Shown here: one piece after another, positions 51,477-64,000 of the stretch | How the letters are laid out: each line of letters begins with the position of its first letter | How positions within the stretch are numbered: position 1 is the stretch's first letter | From: Pavona decussata | Lineage: Eukaryota | Direction of reading: 5' to 3' | NCBI GenBank assembly: GCA_977016875.1 | Contig: CDRNST010000148.1 | Span: 2,666,001-2,730,000, forward strand | DNA: 64,000 bases | Made by a program: the position numbers and the translations under genes | Notes under the pieces: generated by a model | Told to the model about the DNA's origin: nothing | The model's input: only the letters and a program-made list of their open reading frames with translations | Databases searched by the model: none

Positions 51477-54184
51477 CAGGGGTAGCAGAAAAAAGGGTAT
51501 AAGTTTTTCAGTCGACATTTCGGAAACCTCAAAAGTTTTCTCGAAAAAGGTTTAAATGTTTAAGGAAAATGTCTGAAATTCAGGCAATAGCCCGATTGAG
51601 AAAACACGACAATATTTCTGGCGAAAAATAGCTCGCCTTTCCTCTCGGAAGTTGTATGAAAAGAACGTGCCCTTGAAAAATGGCCCGGCCTATCCTAAGG
51701 ACGCAAGATCATAGCTCTTCAGATAAGTTGGGGGTGGGGGTGGGTGAGGGTGGTGATGACAAAATGAAAGTCGGTTATGGTCCACCCATATATTGTATGA
51801 TGACACCCATAAACGGACAATCAATTTGTTCAGATATTTTTATCAGTTAATGAAGAATTGGTGATACACCAAACTGTAACGGTTAATACATTACTAAACT
51901 TTATCCCATTTGCGGATTCCACTCATGTCTCAGACATTTTATTTGCAGCGAATAACTTTGCCGCACCCATTTTCCAAAAAAACTGATCGATATTTACCAA
52001 TGCTATCACATCACTAGCTTTACGGGTTGTGTTAAACAAACAGTAAACTGGTCAAAACTCGGAAATTACAGCTTGCAAAAGTCGTTAGTCCTTTGAAAAG
52101 AATTGCCATTTGATGAAAATAATCGTTGACTGAACGACTACAACAATAACGTCTTAGCTTCTTGCTTGACATTCAATTGTTCTAAGTTATTTTGTTGTTA
52201 TACCTAATTGTTCAAGCTGATCATGTGTTGAAAAAAACTGTCATTTGTCGAATGCTAGGTCTAATGGCCGGCGAATTTTCGCGCCATTTCAGCCTAAGGA
52301 AGAGGATCTCTTGCCTTTCCGCCAAATGTCCGCTGTGATTCTGACTCTCACCCAATCACAAGCCGTTTAACTACTCATACCTGTAAGATATGTTACGTAA
52401 CGTTCACTTTATAATTTATTAATTAATTACTCCTTGGAGCGTGAAATGCCTTCAAATCGTTTAACCAATGTAAAACGTAAAGTGAAAGAGGATTGAATTG
52501 ATTAAACTAAACCCTGATCTTATTTGTAACGTTTATGCTAATGAAACTAACACGAACTAGAACCTTCTTCAAGTACACCTAAGTGCAACATCGAATTAAA
52601 GTGAAAGCGCGCATGGGTTATATTTACCATTGACGTTACTTTAATATTGCCTCGCCATTGGGTCTAATAAAGCTCAGAGTTACGCCACCTCAGTTCTACA
52701 ACAACAGCGTATTTCAATTGACATTTAAACTGTTGACAGTTAACGTGTCTCCATATCTGGTTTCGTGCTACGCCTAGTGCTGATTTCAATTCGCTTTGTG
52801 ACAACGAAGACGGTTGCAGAACTGCTAAAAATAATATAATACCTTTGGGAGGAGTTGAAGCGAAGGTAACAATTGTGATCAGACCACGTAAATACAAGTA
52901 GTTTGTGTCAAGTTAGAATAGGGAACAAGCTGGATTTTCTAAACTACATGTATTGCGGTCGGCTGATTTGTTTGGGTGGGGTGTTGAAATTATTAGAAGA
53001 AGTAATATTACATTTGCATGTATAGTTCAGGCAATGCTGACTCAAACCCCGATCCAATGAGCAATGTACCTTCATTTTTTTTCCTGCTGTACAAAAAAAA
53101 GACATCACATACGAAGATGTCAGTTTTTCAACGTTTAAATGGTAGCTTCAATTTTACCACATACAGCGTTACTTATTTTATTCAACAATATAATTACATA
53201 AACCAACGCTGGTGGTACTTAGACTCAATAAGTATGTTCTTGATAATATTACTAAACCAATCGCAAGGTCAACTAATATTACAATTGTCATCATTTTTAC
53301 TGCTGATAGTCTTAAATGAACTTACCAGACAACTTAGTGAATGGCAGATCGAAATTTGGTAGCCGTTCTAATTCTGTATCAGTCTTCAAATTGAAAGACA
53401 CTGAGTAGACTATATTTTTATAATCGACCGGCAATAATTGCGTTCAATAATTGTTAAGAAGTTACATATTAATTATCTTTATCCCACTTGTCAGTTTACC
53501 GTTCAAGGTCGGTTAAGGTGACATCAAAACGAGCGAATTATTTCCATCTGCTACAAAACTGCCCCTTTATATTTTATAAAGAATCCTAATCTGGAACTCA
53601 GTCAATCCACGTTGCTAACTGTGTACTGTGTACGGCTGACAGCTCAACTGAGTGTGAAGTGACAATCTATTAAATTGACCTGTCAAAATATTCCTTTCAT
53701 TCTCAAGTAAAAATATTGTAATTGCACCTGAAGGGGAACGAAAAATAATGAGCGATAAAAACTGCTGAATAATCTGTTAACAGTTGAGTGCCAAGGTATA
53801 ATCCAGTTCTCTTACAGCTATCCTTGTTTGTACTGAGAGCGTTCAAACGTTACCGTCTACCGGCGTGTTGTCGGTAGGAAAAAATATTAAAGGAGATGAG
53901 TATTGACTGAGTGGGCCATCCTTAAGTGATAAATCAATTACCTTATTGATGTAGGATGACTCTATCACTGATAATATCAAACCATTTGAAAGCCGAGAAA
54001 ATTGGACGATGTTACACGTATTATCGGCTTAACGTCTGCATCTCACTGACATTCGTTTCTGTTCGTCATTTTTTGTCTTAAGATTTCCAGATCTTTCCTC
54101 AGAGACTGAATTTCAGTCTTGATTTGGCTCTGGAACAGATGAAGGAAATTCTGACTAAACATTAGTCAGGTTTCCTAGACTGAA

Positions 54185-54245
54185 ATGAAACCACAACAAG
54201 GAGAGAAACAGCCGGAAAAAGCGTCAAGCATAAAGCTTGGTAAAG
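54185..54245 (+). CDS. Candidate kinesin first coding exon B (MKPQQGEKQPEKASSIKLGK)
   Basis: ATG...GGTAAAG|gtagg, phase 1, matching the acceptor at 54885. Confidence 0.5.
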
Positions 54246-54884
54246 GTAGGCATAGCTATCAGCCTGTGGTTGCACTGATTTTACACATAATCGTAAATAA
54301 ATAAAAAACAGTCGGGTACTTTATAACTTTAGAGTAGTCTTTCACTTCTCTCAGGAAGAGTAGCCGTGAGCGCCGATAATAATAGCAAAGGTTAGCTGAA
54401 ATTAGTAATTTACAGAACGGAACAGACTGTTACATGCAAAAGTCGCTACACTGTATTGCTGTATTGTACCTTGGATAGCAGATGATTTTGGCAAGAATAA
54501 TATAGTTCTAATCGCTGCACCACGGTACATGGTTATAATAAATCAGACAATTTTTGAGCTACGGCAATTCTAAGATTCTGGTAGACACCATTGACTACAA
54601 GGCTTGATTTTCACAATGCCTTATAATGCTCCTTTCGTTATTTTAAGCATCTCGCATACTGAATTGTGCAGACGAACTATACCAGTCGTGAAATACGCTG
54701 ATTCGACACTTCAGCATATTCGATCCCCCACGACATCTAAATTTTTGAAGCCTGGTACGCTAGCGCCGGAGTTGACCGTTAAATGCCCCTTGCCAAAAAC
54801 AAATGTTCGAGGCAAGGGAAATAATTGACTTGACCTCACTCCGGTGGGCTTAGAAGCTCATGTAGCTTTTGCTCGGTGTTGCAG

Positions 54885-57800
54885 ATTCTGGGCGAGTAAA
54901 AGTCTTTGTGAGGGTACGTCCACCTCGTCCTCATGAAAGCAGCCGCAAAGATCTGATAGCTGTAAATGTCCAAGAGCTCTCTCAGGTAAGTTAAGTTTCA
55001 AAATACAAACAGTGCACAGAAGGGTCTAGGAAAGGGTTAGACGTAGACTGGAGCATGTGCTAGCCTCGTCCCCAAGGAGAGGGGAAAGGCTGGTCAGCGG
55101 AAGTCTCCCACATAAGAACAGCGAAGAACAGGAAGAACAACTGCAAAATATCATTTTATTTACTGTTTTGTCTTTTTTTATTGGTGTAAATGGCTCTAAA
55201 CAATGACTATATGAACGGAGAGGGGAGAGAAGCTCTTCCAGTTGCCTACATCACAAGGAAAGAGTCATTCTGTGCAAGCCATCGACTACACAATCCCAAA
55301 CTAAGCGACGAAGAAAACAGATCGATATTCGACAAATGCAATAACAAGAACGGGCATGGCCACAATTACACGATCAAGATTACTGTTTGTGGGACTGTTG
55401 ATCCCAATACCGGCATGGTTATGAACCTGACAGATTTAAAGAAGCATATGCACAGCGTGTTGGATCCTCTCGACCACAAAAACTTGGATGTTGATATTCC
55501 TTACTTCGTGGATGTTTGCTCAACAGCTGAAAATATCTCTGTTTACATTTGGAATCGCTTGTCGAAACTGTTACCAGAGGGGTCTTTGTTTGAAGTGAAA
55601 GTCAAAGAAACTGGCAAGAATTCTGCTTACTACAGAGGCGAGCGAAGAAACTGAAGATTATACATGTATTTATGCCCGGGGTAGTCAATCGATAATATCG
55701 ATAATCGATAGCATTCGATAACAATCGATAAAAATCGATTAATTTTTTCGAAATTCGATAAAATTCGATAAAATATTATCGAAACTGAATTATCGTTCCA
55801 ATTTTTTGAAACGGCAACACCAAAAGATATTAAAGAACTCGCAGAGACACTTAAAACAACTTCCCTGTTCGTAAAACGATATAAATTGCTTCATCTTTTC
55901 TACAAACTTTTAGTATTACTCAGCGTGTGTTGTATTTGAATGAAATCCGATATAGATCCCTGGTTGATTATTCCACTGTTTTATTTATTTGCTGATGTAA
56001 CACAATCGCACGCTCGTTGCTCTTTCACCCAGTCTTTAAAGGGAAATATTTTCGTGATTTTTTTTACTAAAAATATAAACAAATCATCTAGACGCCCTCG
56101 CGCTCCCCATATTTCTTAGGTTAAACATGGTTTCAAAACCAACGGAACAAAGGAAGAGAAAAAATTTAGACCACAATCTTGAAGCCGAGAACCCGGAAAA
56201 GGAAAAATAATTTACGTTTGTAATCGAACCCGGTTAATTGAACAATAAAATCAGGAAGAAAATCATAATGCAGTCTCTTTGGTCTCTTGTACAATGCTTG
56301 TCAACAAATCATTTCATTGCCGCCTTTGAAATCTGCATTTAAAGGGTCACAATCAAACGCTCCCTCAACGGAAACAGGATAAGTTTTATCGATTCAATAA
56401 CGATAGATGAATCCGATAAAATCGATAACATTACATTTCGTCGGCGTTTTATCGATTGACCGATAAAATCAATATCATTTAAGTTCAATTTATCGATAGA
56501 TATCGATTTATCGAATGATTTTCCGATATCAATTTTTAGCGATTGACTACCCCGGGACTTATGATGGGCGGTGATGGGATATGCCCTTGCAGATTATTTA
56601 ATTAGAATAAGAATTTATGCTGCTTGAACATATTTATTGGTATATATATGTCTCATTCTTGAAAACTGAAAAAAAGGAGGAGCGTCACAAAAGTATGCCT
56701 AGACATGGCCATATAGCCTGAGGATTTTTAGCCAGGTATTCTACAGTTACTCCACTCGAATCATTTGTATACTGGACACATTTAATGATCTAAGCTCATC
56801 TTTAAAATTTGTGATCAAATACAGATAAAGTTCTTAGTAAGAAGTAACACTCAGGTTTAGTGTGAGTATAGATTGAAGCAAATGTGTTATTTTGCACACC
56901 CATTGACCAGTTATACTGATTGAATATTTTGCATCAATAGTTATATTTAAGTCTCATGAATTTAAGGACGGTGCCCGCTGATAAAGAAGTACTTTCGTGT
57001 GGATTATGACTATGCTGGGAAAGCAGATCTCAGCAAGGGCTATTGAAATCGAAAAAGAAAATTGGGGGTAACCACGCATTTTTCAGAGGTAATTAAGCAT
57101 CAATTATTCTTTAAAACAGTAAAATACAAAGCAATGTATGGCATTTTTTTTTTCCAAATTGAAGCTTTATTATCTCTGAAAAATGCATGGTTACCCCAAA
57201 TTTTCTTTTTGAATACCAAAAGCATTTGCCAAGTTCTGCTTTCTCTGCATAGTTGTAAACTGCGCAAAAATATCCCAGAATTGGCAGGTGCCACCCATAG
57301 GAAACCCGAGTACCTCGAGATGCGCTGAGTGGATGCACAGTAACAAAAGTAGGCACCATTCTTAAGTTAATTTTGGAATAAACATGAATGGCATTTGGAA
57401 AGGTTAAGGATTTGTATCGTTTGGTTGAAATTTAAACAGAGACAAATTAGGGTACATTATTTTCTCAAAAAGTTGTAAAGCAAATTTATCAATAAATAAA
57501 AAGGTTTCAGTTGAGTTTGAATTCAGGTCCATAGCAATGGTAAGCAGTGACCCTAACCTGATGCCAATACTAACAATGTACATACTAATAAATGCTAAAA
57601 TCCATACTAGTTTTCCCATTTCTTGAACCTAACTCAAGTGAGTTTGAACCCAAATTAGCTCAAAGTTATAAATTTCATGGTCCCATTTACAAAAGTTGTA
57701 AAGGGGATGAAAAATGGACTTAAATGATTACACGCTTCCATTAGCCTTTACAAACTCAAAATGATCTTGTTTTTACATAATTTACTGAGGACGGAATCTC

Positions 57801-60800
57801 CTGTTACAACATGAGTAAAGGTTTTGTTATGCACCTATTAATTAAGCCATGGGGAGGGGTGGGAGATGATGGACAGGTGTGGAGCGTTTTTAAATCTGTT
57901 AAAACAGATTTCTTTGTTTTGGCAAATCACCTCAAGTGATTCAGCCCAGTCTGAGAGTACCTGTCTGGGTAAACAGCTGTAAGAGTATAATAATGCAATT
58001 TTTGTCTTCAGGAGCCACATGTTGATTTTTTCAGTGGATAGTTATAATTTTCGCCGGATTTTTTTGCATGTTTCCCCAAGACCCTGTTAAGGCTCATTCT
58101 GATAACCAACTGCTTGAAAACTGGTGAAATAACATGAAGTGAAATTGCAATCTCATGTATTTTCTCGTTTATTTATTTATCAATTATCTAATTGACTAAA
58201 TTAATTTATTATTTCAGATTCATGTTTCAGATCCAAGGCACAGCTGGGAAAAAACCTTTAATTTTGATCATGTATTCCCGAAAGAGTCCACGAACCAAGA
58301 GGTGTGTTTTCCTTACCTGTCAATCAACAAAACTTCAACACTGTTGAGTTTTAACCAGGGGACATTCGATGCTTCATTGTATAAGGGATTATGAAAAGTG
58401 CCAAATCTGACCAGAAATTAGCGGCTTCCTTAATTTCACTTTCTGGCCGACATATTAGCTTGCGACAATGACAAAAACTGGTATATAATCTCCCATTTGA
58501 CACACTCTTAAAGTGTCGATTACTTTTACAGTGCAACGAACTCGGAGCCACCCAACATTGATCGGGCAATCACAGGTCGCGTTTACAAAAAAAGGAGTCT
58601 GGCTTTGGTAGTATGTAAACCAATCAAAAATGAGAACATTTTTTTAAATTTCAAAGTGTTGGTTTTTTCGGTGATCCCGGTTGTGTTCGTTGCGCTGTAA
58701 AGTTGTTGACGCCTTTTTTTACAAATTGAAAATCCATGAATTTTTAAGTGTCAATCCTGAAATGACAATTTGGGGTCAAATTTGAACGGCTGCTTTCATT
58801 GAAGAAACCTGAGTTCAACCTTACAATATAACTGGTCGAGTGAGTTGAGGGGTATGAGCAGGGCCGTAGCCAGAAAAAAATAAGGACTGAGGCAATACCC
58901 ATGGTTCAATTCCCGGCCTAGCAATTTAGGGTCTTTATGATGATTACGTTTAAACAAAACACTGGGATCAAACCTTATTTGACAAAAATTCCGCTAAGAG
59001 CCCTTAAGGCCATCTAGACCTAGAGATCGAGGTGAATTTTTTTTTTTTTTGGGGGGGGGGGGGGAGGGGGCTATTTAAATGCTACTTTAGGGGCTCTGTG
59101 TTCTTGTATGCGGCTGTTTAATGTGTTTGTTGGCGGTTTGTTTCTACAGGAAGGCCTTAGATAACAACGACCTAAACCAGGTTTGCCTGACCAGAGATTT
59201 CGTGAAAAGAAGGGTTTATAGGGGGGGGGGGGGGGTGCTCAGTCTCGCAGGCTCATAAAACTTGGTCTCGGCCGTTCTCATTTGAGGATTTTCATTTCTA
59301 AATGGCAACGAAGTTAGCTGTTAAATGCCAGCGTTATTCGCCTTCGCCCGCTAGCATGCCACCGCTGTAGAGGCTCGAGCGGGTCCACAGGGATTTCGCA
59401 GTGGACATAGGCTAATGCAAGGCCATTCAGCCTGTTAGAGCCCATCAACGAACGGTACCAGGTCTTCAACCTGTGGAGAGGGCTTAACCTGCGCTCGCAC
59501 GAACAGCTTCCTGTACTTAGTGGCGTTGCCGCCTGTCCGGTTTTTGTCTCTACAATTTTAAAACTTCTTTCCGACTATCTCCGGTGGCTTCGTCACTGAC
59601 ACAACCATCTCTACCAGATAAAATGAAAGACAAATTTGCTTCGCTGAATATATACTAGTAATGGCAAAACAAGGTTAAATTTTGGTTCGATTATTGAGAA
59701 GAACTGAAAGCATGTTATGAGAGCAACTACTTTCCGCTTTCTTTGAAAAAAGCTGTTGATAGAACGCTGCATTTTGATATATTTTTCTCACTCAGAACAG
59801 AGAAGACAGAAGACTCGAGAAATGGCGTAAAAACACATGAAAACAAGACAGTTTTCTTTGGGAAGCCGCTGCCTGGTTGGCATGAATTTTTGCTTAATTT
59901 TTCTTACCTGTAATTCAGGGCACTGCCTGATTCGCGTTATCATTCAACATAATATCATGTTGCGTTAACATTTTTTTTTTTACTTATTTAACTGTTTGTG
60001 AATTTGTCAACAATGACTGAGGCAAGTGCCTCGGTTTGCCTCATACTGGCTACGGCCCTAATGAGGAAGTTTCATTCGATCGTTACAACTATGGTACCTT
60101 AAAAAATAAATTTACTCAAATGTAAATACTACAATGCAAGCGTTTTCTCTTTTCAGGTATGCAGTACTGTAAGCAGACCCCTGGTTAAAGCTGCTCTAAA
60201 TGGATTCAACGGAACGCTGATGGCGTACGGACAGACAGGATCAGGTCTGGTGCCTGCGGGTATTTTTGTGTTATGATTAAAATTAATTAAGGTAGAGCCA
60301 AAAATATGAAATTCTTGGGAAAAACGTTGCCTAGTTCCTAGGCCTCTCTTTGTCTTTCATCTCGGTCAATCCGTTTCGGGTCACGTTGTCCGAGCAAAAA
60401 AGCGAGGCTTTCCCCGGCCGTTCGCCATGGTTACGTCACCGAAACGAGTTGATTGTAAGGGCTTGAGAAAGAGCCGTACAAGGACTAGGCAATGAAAACG
60501 GTCATACGCATGAGCGTGTTTCAAAGGAGAGAGCTTGCCCAGAGCAAAGGGGCGTGGGTAGTTCATGGAGGAAAAAAAAAGTTTCAAATAATGATTTCGT
60601 TACAAAGGATTATGCCTCGCCCCAGTCTCTACGACAACAAAACATGACATCATGGGCTTGTTGATCGTTTTAGGTAAGACGCATACACTAATGGCCCCGG
60701 ATGGTATCACGGCTGGTGTGATTGAAAGGTGTTTTAAGAAAATTACACAGGATGATATCCATGAGTACAAGGTACAGTCTGTAATAGGGTGATTATGGTT

Positions 60801-63758
60801 TCAGTGTCTACCATGTAATACAGATTCCAGAAATGTTCGTTATCCCTTTCAACGGCCACTAGTTAAAAGATCAAGGCAAGGCCTTTTTGGCCACGCCTAA
60901 AATAGAACGTTGTTCACTTGACTAATCAGATTTCTCAAAATTGAGTGACGTCAAAGAGAAATATTGATTGATTTGCAGGAAGTTGTTAGGCAACAGTCCT
61001 AAACCGATTAAAAGCCGCTCACGTATGTTTTTGTCGCTCCCCCCCATCCTCCCCCCCCCCCCCCCCAAAAAAAAAAATTGAAAGGTATTTTCTAGGTCGT
61101 TTATTGTTTGGGGTTTCTTCGTGCGTTTATCATTTTAGGGTCATCAGTGCGAAAATTGGTCTAGCCACATTGCCCTGGTGGTTTCGCTGAATGATTCTGC
61201 GTACATGCGCACTATGGTTGCGTCAAATCAACGTGTTAATAGAGAGATTTAACTCCAGCAGCGCGCCTCAAGCAATAAACCCACAATGTCGATATTTCTC
61301 TGCAGGTGACCATGTCGTACTTACAAATTTACCAGGAGAAAATCTACGACTTACTCAACTCCACCAACAAGGTCGAACTAAGCCTTAGGGAACATCCCGT
61401 GAAAGGTTTGGATCTATATAAACTAACTGTGACATACTTTCTGGAGTACTTCGTACCCTATGTTTTGCTTTTGAAACTACGTACTTTTGTGCAACTACGT
61501 CTTTTAGAGTGGGTTCCCAGTTGTGTGTTGCGTGTTGCGTGATGCGTGATACGGGCCGCGTGTTTCGTGTTGCTTCCTACCTGTTCCATACTTCATTCTG
61601 AGTACTCAGTGCGAGACCAGTGTTAGATGCTCTTTTCCACTTTTCCACGTCACGTTGCATATTGCGCACTGCGTATTCTACGTATTCCCTCAGTTCATGA
61701 AGATGTCAAATAATATACACCAATATGTGTACACATGATTATTACATATATCTTGCTAAACGTCTGTCACAATTTTTGATGCATACAAGGATTCCTTATC
61801 TATTTAATTTCCTTTACAAAAAACTTGCGTTTTTCATAAACCTATAGGTATCTACGTGGAAAACCTTTCAGAGTTCGTGGTACGAAGTCCCTCAGAAGTA
61901 TTAAGTCTTTTAGCTGTAGGAAAGAAAAGACTTGTTTTCGCCGAGACTAAAATGAACAGGAACTCAAGCAGGTTTGGGGACATCTCTTTATACATTAGAC
62001 TTAAAAATCGTCGAGGACGAGAATGAAGACTTTTCGTGCCTCGTTCCTCGCTTGTTCGTGCTTTCTGCCTCTCTGAAGTAAAAAGAAAAAAGACTGTTTT
62101 TAGTCTATTCATTTTCTGAATCAGGGCCGGTTATTCGAAAGCCGATTAACTCATATCATTTCGTTCTTTGAAAATGTTGTTGAAACTAATTTTAATGTCA
62201 AGATACAGAGAAGTCTAAGTCAAAATTGAAGGGCAAAATCTGTAGTGGTTACTGAGTAATTGAGCTTGAACGAAACGGAGTTTACTCTAATTCCTGGGTA
62301 AGCTTAACCCGGCGTGCTTTGATCATCTCGGATCTTATCGTTTTTTTTCGATTAATTAGGCCTGACTTTGTACATAAATGTTTTCCGATGATGGCAGCTA
62401 CCAACACATTCAAATTTAAAAGACAATAATAGACCTTAACACTGGCGAATGATGACGGCGAGGTCGATTGTTCTCCTTCTGAAAATGACATCATCACATG
62501 TCATGTAAGGTTACTGACTCATTGACTGTTTTGCTCTTACTCAGGTCCCACTCTGTTTGTCAGTTGAGTATTGAAAGAACTCTAAACAAGAACAAGGTCC
62601 AAACAGAAGGGAGCAGCAAACCAAGTAAGTCGATCAATGCCGTATCTGTGCCGCTTATAGCCCTTCGCAAGGGCTTAAGGTGGCTTATCAGCGTTTGAGG
62701 TAGGGGGGGGGGGGGGAGGATAAAGGGATTTTTAAGAGCACAAAGGAAAAAACGATCTGATAATGGAATTGTTCTTAACTAATTACGGCAGACACACAAA
62801 CAAGCTCTTTCGTGTGAAATTGCAGTCTCCCAGGATGAGAAAAATAACCGATACGTTTTCATATCCTAATCCATCAATTTCATTCGTCTTCTATCCGAAA
62901 TAAATGTGTTCTTAGAGACTGTGTAAAAATGCACCAGAGTCATGAACGTGAAATTCTAAGCAAGGGATTTTGAAGAGCACAAAGGAAAAAACGATCTGAT
63001 AATGGAATTCTTAACTAATTACGGCAGACACACAAACAAGCTCTTTCGTGTGACATTGCAGTCTCTCAGGATGAGAAAAATAACCGATACGTTTTCATAT
63101 CCTAATCCATCAATTTCATTCGTCTTCTATCCGAAATAAATGTGTTCTTAGAGACTGTGTAAAAATGCACCAGAGTCATGAACATGAAATTCTAAGCAAA
63201 GTTCTGCTGGAAACTGCAACGCCATAGCTGAAATTGAATGCAATTTGTGATTACGTATCAGCTAATGAAACCTTTTTTCTCGTTCAGCTTCAAGCCAGGT
63301 GCAAGATCCCAAAGAAGGAACGGCAGCTGGAGTCGATAAGAGCAGTGAGGTATGAAGCTGAAGATATCGACGTTAAACTTAAAACGGTGATGGGTTATCA
63401 TCATAATTTGTTTCCATATATAATTATTATGTCTAGTACTTCAGTAACTATCACATATCATTGAAGTTAATTCACCATTATTAGTTTGATTCTAACAGAT
63501 GACACAAAAGCAAGCTAATCACAATGCTGGCATTGCCGCAAAGTTGCAGATGGACTTATTTGCCAAGGACTAGTTGTTCCTTAAAGCATTACGTTTACGC
63601 GATTAAGACACAGCATTCACTTTTTTCTAGTCGCTAAGTAGGTAGAAATTTAACCTGGTGTAGCACACCAGTTTATTCAACAATGACAATTCTGTTTTTG
63701 TTTCATCTTTCACCAGGGTTTGGAAGATGATGTGAAAAGTGACGTGACAGAAGAGGAG
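54885..63758 (+). CDS. Kinesin-like protein, N-terminal motor domain, partial (continues past the window); exons 54885-54985, 58218-58301, 60157-60244, 60674-60771, 61306-61405, 61848-61971, 62545-62624, 63288-63349, 63717-63758
   Basis: RVKVFVRVRP, FNFDHVF, GFNGTLMAYGQTGSGKT (P-loop), SYLQIYQEKIYDLL, GIYVENL and MNRNSSRSH (switch I). All junctions are GT-AG and phase-consistent. Confidence 0.93.
55190..55654 (+). CDS. PTS: 6-pyruvoyl tetrahydrobiopterin synthase, intronless, 154 aa
   Basis: FCASHRL, KCNNKNGHGHNY (catalytic Cys and Zn-binding His), GMVMNLTDLK, LDHKNLD, STAEN, ET and YRGE motifs of animal PTPS in one uninterrupted ORF. Confidence 0.96.
   Translation: MALNNDYMNGEGREALPVAYITRKESFCASHRLHNPKLSDEENRSIFDKCNNKNGHGHNYTIKITVCGTVDPNTGMVMNLTDLKKHMHSVLDPLDHKNLDVDIPYFVDVCSTAENISVYIWNRLSKLLPEGSLFEVKVKETGKNSAYYRGERRN
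55675..56556. mobile_element. Non-autonomous TIR transposon with ATCGATAA subterminal repeats
   Basis: TIR cccggggtagtcaatcg / cgattgactaccccggg; clustered atcgataa repeats at both ends; flanks atttatg / acttatg. Confidence 0.85.
56966..57361. mobile_element. Kolobok-like MITE, family A, copy 2
   Basis: TTAA flanks; colinear with 24713-25105. Confidence 0.85.
58859..60060 (-). mobile_element. Internally deleted hAT element with 5-bp TSD (hAT5-like), retaining the transposase C-terminal dimerisation domain (~59315-59530)
   Basis: TIR cagggccgtagccag / ctggctacggcccta; ATGAG on both sides; the minus strand encodes GSCSCERRLSPLHRLKTWYRSLMGSNRLNGLALAYVH...RRRITLAFNS*. Confidence 0.85.
60331..60490. 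mobile_element. Short TAG...CTA MITE
   Basis: ctagttcctaggcctct...agagccgtacaaggactag with an internal caatccgtttcgg / ccgaaacgagttg inverted pair. Confidence 0.45.
62723..63197. repeat. Tandem duplication, two ~238-bp copies, in a kinesin intron
   Basis: 62723-62961 and 62962-63197 differ by only a few substitutions and small indels. Confidence 0.92.
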
Positions 63759-64000
63759 GTAGAGAATATTTGTCGTTACCGAATAAGACCTTTGCTTTAA
63801 GCAGTGATCGACAAATGATTTTTCTTGCCAACATATAGTACTGCATTTTCAACAAATTAGTGGTGATTTGAAAAAGAAAATATACGTACCAGACTATTGG
63901 CTTAATGTACCACGATTAACTATTTTAAAAGGATGGAGTCTTGGTGTTGAATTGTTTCAATTTCAAGTAGACCACGAGTAGTCCCTTCCTCTCCCTCCCC

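Noticed and set aside
55190-55654. Bacterial queD acquired by HGT or contamination, given the lack of introns
   Set aside because: Motifs (SHRL, KCNNxNGHGHNY, GMVMNLTDLK, YRGE) are of the animal PTPS type, and the gene is embedded in a spliced host gene.

Overview
AT-rich eukaryotic genomic DNA with spliceosomal introns. The repeat landscape (V-domain-like tRNA-SINEs, TTAA-flanked and Harbinger-like MITEs, Penelope remnants) suggests an anthozoan, probably a stony coral; this is inference. Genes assembled by hand from splice signals and reading phase: (1) an unrecognised multi-exon gene on the minus strand (6653-3258, possibly continuing into stop-riddled exons at 1363-823 and 415-~236); (2) a 264-aa secreted protein with a thyroglobulin type-1 domain plus Pro-rich and Cys-rich modules (11028-13850); (3) two paralogous two-exon class A GPCRs (22660-24595, 44528-47265); (4) a four-exon RERG/RASL11-like small GTPase (minus, 31571-27192); (5) the 5' part of a kinesin gene that runs off the right end; (6) an intact, intronless PTS gene (55190-55654) nested on the SAME strand inside a kinesin intron. 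The rest is intron or intergenic DNA rich in non-autonomous DNA transposons, SINEs, LINE/Penelope remnants (some with hammerhead-ribozyme-like cores) and microsatellites. No CRISPR array or prokaryotic system is present. The best candidates for novelty are the nested PTS retrogene, the thyropin/minicollagen-like mosaic protein and the orphan gene with a ~1 kb foldback element in its intron. All coordinates were counted by hand and no database searches were run.
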